Assembly (NCBI GenBank): GCA_012729975.1
Contig: JAAYBW010000058.1
Location: forward strand, 1-51,854
DNA length: 51,854 nucleotides
Source of the DNA: Clostridiales bacterium
Lineage (GTDB): Bacteria; Bacillota; Clostridia; Oscillospirales; Oscillospiraceae
Direction: 5' to 3'
Positions 1 through 9,700 of the stretch are shown piece by piece. A program made the translations under genes and the position numbers. The notes under the pieces were generated by a model, which saw nothing but the letters and a program-made list of their open reading frames with translations, ran no database searches and was not told the DNA's origin. The stretch's first letter is position 1. Every line of letters starts with the position of its first letter.

Positions 1-11
1 CTATACCCCGG

Positions 12-776
12 CTATTCATTTTCCTCGTCTATGCACAGTTCGTCCCTGATTATTTCGAGCATTTTCATGTCTTTCTTGCCTTCAAATATCAGTTTTTCAA
101 ACATGTCAGGGCGCCGGAGGAGAGTCCGTTTGACGGCTTCCTTTCTGCGCCATTCGGATATTTTAGCATGATGTCCGGAAAGCAGAACAGGCGGCACAGG
201 CCGCCCCCGCCAGATTTCAGGTCTTGAATACTGCGGATATTCAAGGAGGCCGTTCCAGTGGCTTTCTTCGGTAAAGCAGGAATTGTCCGCAAGTACTCCC
301 GGTACCAGGCGGCATACGCTGTCCGCGACTGCCGCGGCCGGTATTTCACCCCCTGTAAGCACGAAATCGCCGATAGATATCTCTTCATCCACACATTCCT
401 CGATAAGACGCTCATCAACACCCTCATAGTGCCCGCAGATAATGATGAAACGATCAAGCAGTGCAAGTCTTTTTGCGTCTTGTTGTGTAAAGGCCTTTCC
501 GGCCGGTGACATTAAAAGCGTGTGGACATGTTCAGGGGTGCCGCTGCAGACATGCTCCCAGCACGAATGAATGGGCTGCGCCTGCATTATCATCCCCATA
601 CCTCCGCCGTAGGGGTAATCATCCACCTGTTTTTGCTTGTTGGCAGTATAGTCACGAATCTGATGGCATTCGATATGAACTATACCGCGCTGTGCGGCCT
701 TTCCTATAATGCTGATCTCAAGCAGTGCTGAAACCGCTTCAGGGAAAAGTGTAAGAATATCAATTCGCATTTTCAC
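12..776 (-). CDS. trmD: tRNA (guanine37-N1)-methyltransferase TrmD
   Basis: 254-aa ORF. N-terminus MRIDILTLFPE and the SPOUT-knot region GHYEGVDERL...SIGDFVLTGGE are typical TrmD. It overlaps rimM by 4 nt, the conserved rpsP-rimM-trmD order. Confidence 0.95.
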   Translation of the reverse strand: MKMRIDILTLFPEAVSALLEISIIGKAAQRGIVHIECHQIRDYTANKQKQVDDYPYGGGMGMIMQAQPIHSCWEHVCSGTPEHVHTLLMSPAGKAFTQQDAKRLALLDRFIIICGHYEGVDERLIEECVDEEISIGDFVLTGGEIPAAAVADSVCRLVPGVLADNSCFTEESHWNGLLEYPQYSRPEIWRGRPVPPVLLSGHHAKISEWRRKEAVKRTLLRRPDMFEKLIFEGKKDMKMLEIIRDELCIDEENE

Positions 777-1279
777 ATTCCCTCGATCATAGATACCGTT
801 ATACGACCGCCGGCTATGTCAACGCTCTTGATGAACTCGGGAACGTCGGGCACCAGGTGTTCGCATTTGCCCTCTATAACGAAAATATGACCTCCCGGCG
901 CTTCTATAACATCTTTGAGGATACCGACATGACCGCGGGAGACGTCGTAAACGGGAAGGCCTAACGCATCCTGTAAAAAATAACTGCCTTCCGGTAATGC
1001 GGAGTCTTCTCTGATTATACAAACCGTTTTATTTTTTAAAGCCATAGCTGCGTTCAAGTCATCTATGCCGTAAAAGGAAACAAGAACAGATTCCTTATGA
1101 ACGCGGGAATTGCGGACAAGATACTCGGAACCGTCTATGAAAAACCGGCGGAAGTCGAGAAGAAACTCAGGGGAGTCGCACCAGTGCCGGATTTTTATTT
1201 CGCCGCCGATTCCATGTGTCCCGACAATCTTACCGCATTTCAGATATCGTTCAACGGGCATAAAAAACCTCCGTGACAA
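773..1279 (-). CDS. rimM: 16S rRNA processing protein RimM
   Basis: 168-aa ORF with the RimM N-terminal beta-barrel signature (GKIVGTHGIGGEIKI) and a PRC-barrel C-terminus. A GGAGG RBS lies upstream and the operon context fits. Confidence 0.9.
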   Translation of the reverse strand: MSRRFFMPVERYLKCGKIVGTHGIGGEIKIRHWCDSPEFLLDFRRFFIDGSEYLVRNSRVHKESVLVSFYGIDDLNAAMALKNKTVCIIREDSALPEGSYFLQDALGLPVYDVSRGHVGILKDVIEAPGGHIFVIEGKCEHLVPDVPEFIKSVDIAGGRITVSMIEGM

Positions 1280-1301
1280 TTATAAACAATACTTCATAAT
1301 G

Positions 1302-1329
1302 AATCAGAGTGCCGCACGGCACTCTGATT
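1302..1329 (-). other. Perfect 12-bp stem / 4-nt loop hairpin between the KH-protein gene and rimM
   Basis: aatcagagtgcc-gcac-ggcactctgatt. It starts 3 nt after the KH gene stop (1333..1335, minus strand). No U-tract follows on the minus strand. Confidence 0.6.
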
Positions 1330-1332
1330 TCT

Positions 1333-1563
1333 TCAGTCGACTATCTCGACAGAAACTTTCCTGCCGTTTTTCTGGGCAAGGGACTTGACAAGCGTACGAA
1401 TTTCCTTTGCGATTCTTCCCTGCCTGCCGATTACCTTTCCCATGTCGCCCTCCGCTACATGAAGCTCAAGAACCGTCTCGCTTTCACCTTCGCGTTCCGT
1501 CACAGAGACCGCGTCCGGATCATCAACGAGATTACGGGCGATATAAAGAAGAAGCTCTTTCAT
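1333..1563 (-). CDS. KH-domain RNA-binding protein (YlqC family)
   Basis: 76-aa ORF with the KH GxxG loop (VIGRQGRIAKEIRTLV). It occupies the conserved position between rpsP and rimM. Confidence 0.85.
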   Translation of the reverse strand: MKELLLYIARNLVDDPDAVSVTEREGESETVLELHVAEGDMGKVIGRQGRIAKEIRTLVKSLAQKNGRKVSVEIVD

Positions 1564-1606
1564 AATAATGACGTTCCTTTGCCAACAGAATAAGTATGAA
1601 ATAAAC

Positions 1607-1846
1607 TCATACGACGCCGGCTTTTTTCAGCAGCGCGCGAACAGTATCCGTAGGTTGAGCGCCTTTATCCATCCACTCCTTGGCGCGTTCTGCGTTAACC
1701 GTGATTTCCGAGGGTTCTGTCAGGGGATTGTAAGTGCCGATCTCTTCAATAAACCTGCCGTCTCGGGGGAAGCGGGAGTCTGCTACGACTATCCTGTAAT
1801 AAGGCTTTTTCTTTGCGCCCATTCTGCGAAGCCTGATCTTAACCAT
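1607..1846 (-). CDS. rpsP: 30S ribosomal protein S16
   Basis: The track ORF 1607..1972 is over-extended. [25 protein letters not shown] begins at the ATG whose first base is 1846, preceded by GGAGG (rc of cctcca at 1855..1860). Confidence 0.95.
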   Translation of the reverse strand: MVKIRLRRMGAKKKPYYRIVVADSRFPRDGRFIEEIGTYNPLTEPSEITVNAERAKEWMDKGAQPTDTVRALLKKAGVV

Positions 1847-1880
1847 TCCTATAACCTCCAAAAAAATATTAATTCTTATA

Positions 1881-3221
1881 TCAGAAACCGGGGAATCCCG
1901 GTTTTTTACCGTGGAATTTTCTGCGGCTCTGTTTGCCGCCAAATTGCTTTGCCATGACCTGCATAGCTTCAAACTGCTTTAAAAGACGATTTATGTCAAC
2001 TACCTGGGTGCCGCTTCCGGCAGCGATGCGCTTTTTTCTGCTGCTGTTCAGTACGGACGGATTATCGCGTTCAAATACGGTCATGGACTGGATTATTGCT
2101 TGCGTTCGTACAAGTGCCTTTTCATCTATTGCGGCACCTTTCAGGGCCTTTGCGTCCAATCCCGGTATCATGCCGGCAATGTCGGTAATGGAGCCCATAG
2201 ACTTAATAGAACTCAACTGTTCGTAAAAATCCGTCAGAGTGAATCGGTTCGACATAAGCCGCTGAGCCATCTGCGCGGCTTTTTTCTCATCCATGCTCTG
2301 CTCGGCTTTTTCAATGAGAGTAAGAATGTCTCCCATTCCCAGTATACGGGATGCCATTCTGTCCGGATGGAAGGGTTCGATGCCGTCGAGCTTTTCACCT
2401 ATACCAGCAAACTTTATCGGTTTTCCTGTAACTGCCCGGACAGATAAAGCAGCGCCGCCCCTTGCATCGCCGTCGAGTTTCGTGAGGAATATGCTGTCAA
2501 TACCGAGAGCATCATCAAACGCTTTTGCCGCGTTTACGGCATCTTGTCCGGTCATCGCGTCGACGACCAACATTACTTCATCGGGAGAAACCGCGGACTT
2601 AATGTTTTTCAGCTCATCCATGAGTACCGGATCTATGTGAAGCCGCCCCGCAGTATCGAGAAAGACCATGTCATTGCCATGCTTTTTCGCATGTTCAACA
2701 GCGGCACGGGCAATATCGACCGGATTAGTCTCACCCATTTGAAAAACCGGCACATTGACCTGAGCGCCTACGGTTTCAAGCTGTTTGATAGCGGCGGGTC
2801 GGTAAATGTCACATGCCGCGAGAAGAGGACGCTTACCGTTTTTCTTCATCAGCGCCGCAAGTTTAGCCCCGTTAGTGGTTTTGCCCGCACCCTGAAGGCC
2901 AACCAGCATTACAACAGTGGGGGAGCGTGAGGAAATTGTAAGTTTAGTGTTCGTGCTGCCCATTGTGGAGGTGAGCTCTTCATTGACAATCTTTATTACC
3001 ATTTGGGCAGGAGTAAGACTTTCCAGAACATCAGAACCGACAGCGCGTTCACTGACCCTGGCGATGAAATCCTTTACTACTTTATAACTTACATCCGCTT
3101 CTAATAGTGCAAGGCGAACGTCGCGCATAGCTTCTTTGATGTCTGCCTCGCTCAGACGTCCTTTACCTCGCAGTTTTTTGAAAGTCGCGGAAAGCTTCTC
3201 GGATAAACTTTCAAATGCCAT
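1881..3221 (-). CDS. ffh: Signal recognition particle protein Ffh
   Basis: 446 aa. It has an NG domain with P-loop GLQGAGKTT and DTAGR, plus a Met-rich M domain. Confidence 0.97.
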   Translation of the reverse strand: MAFESLSEKLSATFKKLRGKGRLSEADIKEAMRDVRLALLEADVSYKVVKDFIARVSERAVGSDVLESLTPAQMVIKIVNEELTSTMGSTNTKLTISSRSPTVVMLVGLQGAGKTTNGAKLAALMKKNGKRPLLAACDIYRPAAIKQLETVGAQVNVPVFQMGETNPVDIARAAVEHAKKHGNDMVFLDTAGRLHIDPVLMDELKNIKSAVSPDEVMLVVDAMTGQDAVNAAKAFDDALGIDSIFLTKLDGDARGGAALSVRAVTGKPIKFAGIGEKLDGIEPFHPDRMASRILGMGDILTLIEKAEQSMDEKKAAQMAQRLMSNRFTLTDFYEQLSSIKSMGSITDIAGMIPGLDAKALKGAAIDEKALVRTQAIIQSMTVFERDNPSVLNSSRKKRIAAGSGTQVVDINRLLKQFEAMQVMAKQFGGKQSRRKFHGKKPGFPGF

Positions 3222-3235
3222 TTAAGCACTCCCGT

Positions 3236-3598
3236 TCAGTATTTAAGAAACTGCAGCCTTTCGGATATCCTGTTACAGAGGTCAAGCAGCGCCCCGTTTT
3301 TGAATCGGGACTTATTGAGCTTGGCGATTTCGTCCAGGTACCCCTCTATGACACTTATATCGGCTTGTATCTCGGTAAAGCGCTTGACGATACCGGTTCG
3401 GGCTTCGGTTTCCTCAAGGATATTCTCGGTGCGCATGATGATGTCTCTAACAGCCTGGCGGGTAATCCCTTCGTTTTCAGCGATTTCCGATAAAGAGAGA
3501 TTCTCATCGTAGTACATCTGAAAGTAACCGCGTTGCTTCTGCGTCAGTAACTCACCGAAAAAATCGAACAGCAGAGCCATACGAACGTTCTTTTCCAT
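3236..3598 (-). CDS. ylxM: YlxM/UPF0122 helix-turn-helix protein, SRP operon companion
   Basis: MEKNVRMALLFDFFGELLTQKQR...LSLSEIAENEGITRQAV resembles a sigma-70 region-4 HTH. I trimmed the start to ATG 3598, which has GGAGGTG upstream. The gene lies directly upstream of ffh, as in Bacillus. Confidence 0.85.
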   Translation of the reverse strand: MEKNVRMALLFDFFGELLTQKQRGYFQMYYDENLSLSEIAENEGITRQAVRDIIMRTENILEETEARTGIVKRFTEIQADISVIEGYLDEIAKLNKSRFKNGALLDLCNRISERLQFLKY

Positions 3599-3651
3599 AT
3601 GCACACCTCCGATTATGTCGGGTGTAAAGCAAATCAGCATTACCTGTGAGC

Positions 3652-3680
3652 ATAATATAACAGGATAGATAAGTTGTCAA
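3652..3680 (-). promoter_or_regulatory. Candidate sigma-A promoter for ylxM-ffh
   Basis: On the minus strand: TTGACA (3675..3680), a 17-nt spacer, then TATTAT (3652..3657). It sits about 55 nt upstream of the ylxM start. Confidence 0.5.
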
Positions 3681-3771
3681 GCCGTTTCTTGAAATAAAGT
3701 AATGCGAATTGGCTTTACAACGAAGGAATATTTGCGCATATCAAAAGGAAAGATAACGAATATTCAAGACT

Positions 3772-6700
3772 ATGGAGGATATTCAAAGAATGTTTGATAT
3801 AGCGCCCGACAAGCTGACGCAATATGCAGAAAGCACCGCAAAATGCCTGGACAGCGACTGTGTGGTACGCGGGAAACGCATTACCGGGCGAATATCGCTG
3901 TTTTTAAAACGGTTAACCGAGGCAGCCGAGAAGTGTCGTATGGAGCTGGCCGACAGCACGGCGCCGCGAGCTGTTGCGGAATGGCTGGCAGACAACAGGT
4001 TTCTTGCGGAAAAGGAAGCGAGATCGGCAGCGGCAGCTTTTAAAGGTGCCGGAATGCTCCCTGCAGCATCAGAGGACCGTATTCCGTTGGTATGCGCGGC
4101 AGCATCGGCTTTTGTTCATGCCTGCGGCTGCAAAGTGGATCGGGAAAGCCTGATGACGTTTTTCGAAGGCTTTCAAAAGATACGTCCATTTAGTGAAAAG
4201 GAGCTTTCTTTACTCTTTGATTCAATAAGATACGCGCTTGTTGAAAAGGTTGTCGAATGCGGTCAGAGAGCGTTTTCCGTACAAGACGATGCCGGTGATC
4301 CGGCTTTTATTGCGAGTGCTGTATTCAGCTCGCTCAGATATATCGATGACGCGGACGCAGATGAAATACTTCGCGGGCTTTCGCAGACGGAGAGAAGATT
4401 CCTGGAGGATCCGGCAGATGTCTACGGCAAAATGGACAAAGAGAGCAGAAGGCGCTACAGAATGCGCCTTTCGGATCTCGCAGGAGATTATCAATTGTCG
4501 GAGCGCGCTGCCGCGGAACAAATACTTGCGCTTGCCGGTAAAGAAAACGGAATCAGGTCGCACATCGGCTACTGGCTTTTTGAAAAGCCACTGGGACATG
4601 AAGGAAAAAACAAAAAGGGCTCTGTCTACATTGGGAGCATTATCATTGCGACTGTGTCACTTTCACTGCTTGCAGCGTTTCTGTCAGCGTCGCCTGCGGC
4701 GGCGCTTTTGTTCATTGTACCGATATCGGAGCTTATAAAATGCGCCGCAGATTATATTATACTGAAATTTACCCGACCGTCGTACCTTCCGCGCCTTGAG
4801 CTTAAAACTGGGATACCGCAGGAAGGACGGACATTGTGCGTTGTATCCGCGGTTCTTACCGACCCTGAATCCGCGCTTCGTTTTACTGGACTTTTAGAGC
4901 GCTGCATGTTTTCGAATAAAGCCGCGGGCAGCGAGCTGAGAATCGCGCTCCTCGCTGATCTCAAAGAAGCGGATGCAGCGCAAGTGGACAGTGATTCACA
5001 GATTCTGTCTGCTGTGAAAAGCAAGGTTAACGAGCTGAATTCCCGTTATGGTGAAAGATTTCTCGCTCTTGTGAGGCCGAGAAAAATGAGTTCCGGGACA
5101 AAAAAATACTGCGGGTGGGAGCGCAAGCGCGGTGCGATTGAAAGCCTTGTTTCCAAGATTAACGGTATGCCGTCAGATCTGTATGCGATTTCCGGGGACA
5201 TAAAACTGCTCGATGGTGTAAAGTACCTGATTCTGCTTGACACAGACACGCGTCCGGGAATAGATACGGCCAGAAAGCTGATCGGAGCCATGCTGCATCC
5301 GTTAAACAGGCCCGTTATTGATGAAGCTACACGAACCGTCATTTCCGGCTACGGAGTAATGCAGCCAAGAAATACGGTTTCTCTGGATGCGGCAGGGAGA
5401 AGTATTTTCTCGGAAGTGTTCGCGGGGCAGGGAGGGTTTGATCCGTACTGCGGCTGCTGCGGGGACTTATATCAGGATGTTTTCAACGAGGGCAATTTCA
5501 CGGGAAAAGGAGTATTGTCCGTTGAGGCGTACACTGTCTGCTTAAACGGGCGGCTTCCGCCGGAACGGATACTGTCGCATGACCTGCTTGAGGGTTCATA
5601 CCTCAGATGCGGTTATATAAACGGCGTGGAGTTCGCGGACGGTTTTCCCTCGTCCCCTATGGCTTATTATGAAAGACAGGACAGATGGACGCGGGGTGAC
5701 TGGCAGCTGCTGCCTTGGCTGACACGGTATGTAAAAAACGCTCGGGGAAAAACCGAACATAACCCGTTAACTGAGCAGGACAGATGGAAAATAGCCGATA
5801 ATCTAAGACGCAGCCTTGTACCGGTCTTGTGTGCGTTATGCGTCGCTGCGGCGATATTATCCGATATCAGAGCGCTTTTTGCGGCCGCGATTGTATCCGC
5901 TTTAGCTATATCCTCTCCGTTGATAACAGGTCAGGTAGAACAGCTTTTCCGCCGTCCCTCGCTTAATGCAAAACGCTACCGGTCGGAGGTCCTAAGCGGT
6001 CTTCACGCCGCTTATCTGCAGACGCTAATAAAGATCGCATTATTACCGTATGAGGCGTTTGTCTGTCTGAGGGCAGCGCTTACGGCGCTATACAGGCAAT
6101 TCGTTTCAAAAAAGAACATGCTCAAATGGGTCACGGCCGCCGAATCGGAAAACAGAAAAGGAAGCTTAATAAGCTGCGTGCTCAGGATGTATCCCGCTGT
6201 TATTGCCGGAGCGATACTAGCAGTCTTTTCACAATGGCCGGCAGGGTCGGCTTTGGGTATTGTCTGGTTTTTCTCACCGCTGACAGCATACCTGTTATCT
6301 AAGCCGAGCAGAAAACGTATGGAGCTGTCAAAGGAAAACAAAGAGTTCCTGCGCAAAAACTGTGCGGATATGTGGAGGTTTTTTGAGACATTTTTAACAC
6401 CGGAAAGAAATTACATGCCTCCGGATAATTGGCAGGAAGATCCTCCGGTCGGAGTTGCCGAAAGAACCTCCCCTACCGACATAGGCATGGCAATGCTCTC
6501 TGTGCTTGCAGCTTGGGATATGGGGCTATGCGATTGTCAAAAAGCGCGTACGCTGCTCGGCAGCATGGTTTCCTCAATTGAACGTATGGAAAAGTGGAAC
6601 GGTCACTTATTCAACTGGTATGATACAAGAAAACTCATACCGCTTGAACCAAGATATGTGTCTTCTGTGGACAGCGGAAACCTCGCCGGGGCTTATATAG

Positions 6701-9700
6701 CTCTTTGCGCCGGAACAATTGAGCTTAATGACATCGCACTTTCGGAGCGGATACGTAAGCTTCTGAATGAAATGCGTTTTGAGCCGCTTTATGACTCCGA
6801 AAAAAAGCTGTTCCTTATAGGGAAGAGTATATCCGGTAACGAAAACGGAGCCTGTTATGACCTTCTGGCTAGTGAAGCGCGGCTTTTAAGTTATATAACC
6901 ATTGCAAAAGGTCAGGCAGAATCCTCGCATTGGAGAAGATTGGGCAGGGTTATGTCCTCTGCCGGACTAAAAAGCGGGATGGCATCATGGACAGGAACAA
7001 TGTTTGAATATTTTATGCCGGAACTCTTATTGCCGTATTATCGCAACTCCCTTGTAGGGGAGAGCCTGCGATTCTGCCTTTATTGTCAGAGGAGAAGAGG
7101 ACGTCCGTGGGGTGAGTCCGAAAGCGCTTTTTTCGCTTTCGACGCGGCGCTTAATTACAGGTACAAAGCGCATGGCATCAGGGAGCTTGCGCTTAAAAGA
7201 GACGCGGGATCTGACCGGGTATGCGCCCCCTATGCGACTTATTTAACGCTTCCGCTGGCACCGGCCGCGGCGGTCAGGAATTTGAAAAGATTCAGGAAAG
7301 CCGGCTGCGAAGGGCGTTTCGGGTTTTATGAGGCACTCGATATCACTCCCGCACGTACCGGAAGCGAAGGGTTTAAAAGCGTGCGCTGTTTTATGGCACA
7401 TCATCTGGGAATGAGCTTAGCAGCGGCAGATAACGCATTGAACAACAACATAATGGTAAGACGCTTCATGTCCGATCCGGAGATGGAAGCGCATACCGAG
7501 CTGCTTCAGGAAAAAGGTCCGGTTGGTCAGTTCGTGGCAACTGAGCCGGTGCGGGAGATACCCGACAGATATGCTTTCAGAAGCACCGAAGTATGGGAGA
7601 AAGTTCTGGATAAAGCGGACAAGTCTTCGGAGTGCTCATTTATTTCCAATGGCAAGTATTCGGTGATGTTATATGCAAACGGAAGAAGACGATCTGTTTT
7701 CGGAGACATACTGATAGCTTCACCCGGCGGGCATTACGGACCGGGTGAGGGGATCTCGTTCTGGTTTGTGACGGGAGGAATCGCAAAACCGCTCACGCCG
7801 TATCCCTTCGCGGCCGGCGACATGGAGTATTCCTGCAGCTTATCTTTAGCGGGGTGCGGTATAAGCGCTCGGGGAGCAGGCTTTCTGAGTAAGACAGAAA
7901 CATATGTACCGGACTTTGAGACAGGCGAAGTACACTCGCTGACGCTGGTAAACACAGGCGAAGGACTGCTCTCAGGTGAGCTTGCCTTCTACATGCAGCC
8001 TGTGCTCGCCGCGGAAAAGAACCATTATTCTCATCAGTCGTTTTCGAAGCTCTGCGTTCAGACAGCCTATAAAGATGGGACTTTGACTGTTAAAAGACGC
8101 AAGGGCGGCGCAATCGCTCCGATTACACTCAGCATAAAGGCTTCGGAACCGTTCACATATGATACTTTCAGAGAAAAGACTTGTGGCCGGGGAGCAGGCA
8201 GAGCCCTTCCGTATGCTCTTCTTAAAAAGCCGGAAAACAGCTGCGGAGATCCGCTTGACCCATGCGTGCTTATAAGATTTCCGGTTAAAATAAAGCCGTC
8301 TTCGGAAAAGAAAATATTTATAGCGCTTGGTGTCGGTACGGAATCATCTGAAGCGTCGGAGAGCGCGGCGCGGCTTCTTCTTTTGTGCGGAAAGGAGAAA
8401 ATGTATTGGGGCCTGGGAGCGGCTTCACGCTTCGGTTTGTCCGCCCAAGCGATTGAAGCGGCAATGGAGCTGGCTGCCAGGCTGAATACGGGTGAGAAAA
8501 CAGCGACGCACATAGAAAAGCAATACGGACGAAAAGACCTGTGGAAGTACGGTGTATCCGGTGATTTCCTGGTTTATGGCGTGCATGTAAATGAAGCGGA
8601 TGCTGAAAAAATGTCCGAATTCATGCGCGAGCACGGTTTTTTAAAATCGTTGGGATTCAGCTACGATTTAGTGTTCATGTTCGATGACAAGGGCGAGTAC
8701 AGACGGCCGGTGAGGACTCGGTTTGAAACGGAAGCGATGAAGGAAGGTCTGGAATCACAAATTAATGCCCGCGGAGGCATATTTGCCGCCGAAGGGTCCG
8801 AGCAGGAGCTTTCCGGTCTTGTTGCGATGTGTGATGCGATTTCAAATAATAAAGGCATGAAAAGAAGTCTGTTTTCATATGAACCGATCAGGCCGCTTAT
8901 GACAAATGTCGCGGAGGAAAGATGGCGTCACTTTGATAAGGACGGAAGCTTCACATTTACAACCGAGCGCGGTATAGGCCCGCTTGCGTGGTGCCATGTA
9001 TTGACTAACGGCGGCTTAGGTTGGCTCGCGGCCGACTGCGGTACCTTCGGGCTTTGGATAGATAATGCGCGTGAGAGCAGATTACTTCCCTGGATTAATG
9101 ATCCGCTGCGCGCGGAGGGCTCTGAAAGAATATACCTGCGGCTGAAAAACAATCTGACAGGTGTTTTCGCCCAGGCTGATGACATCGGATGCCGTGTAAC
9201 ATACGGTTATGGCTGGGCAGAATGGGAAAAAACAATATCGGGCACACGAGTTGTAACTGTGGGTTATGTACACCCGGATATTAACGCAAGAGTTCTCATT
9301 ATCAAAGCCGACACTGCGCCGGAGAATACAATTCTTGAATATTCCGCTGACCCTATTCCCGGATCCGAGAGCATAGCGGCAAAGACAGTAAATATTTCAG
9401 TACAAAAAAACGGGATTCGAGCAGTCGATAACGAATCCGGACTCGAGCTTAGTATAATGAGCTCCCGACCGGTCCGGGCAGGAGAAGGTTTTTCGTTTTT
9501 CTGCGATATGTCCGGCACGATCGTGCTTGTATGCGGCTGCGGTGATAGCGGGAAGCTGCAGCAGCTGGCTGATGAATATACGGCAGAGGCAGGCTTGCAA
9601 AGAACAAAACAATACTGGCGGGCATTATCCGGCTTTATATCTGTTCAGACACCTTTTCCGGAGCTTGACAGCTATATAAACGGCTGGTGCATATACCAGT

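Noticed and set aside
1847-1972. N-terminal extensions of track ORFs: rpsP (1607..1972), ylxM, thrS, the sleB-like gene, asnS, ruvA, ruvC and DUF624.
   Set aside because: The conserved protein N-termini and Shine-Dalgarno sites occur at internal start codons. The upstream extensions are unrelated sequence and overlap the preceding genes.
8067-8513. A 148-aa antisense ORF, and many other antisense ORFs, inside the giant synthase gene.
   Set aside because: All are embedded in a single continuous 2436-codon frame with clear domain motifs. Their composition is Ser/Ala/Pro/Arg-rich, as expected for the mirror frame.
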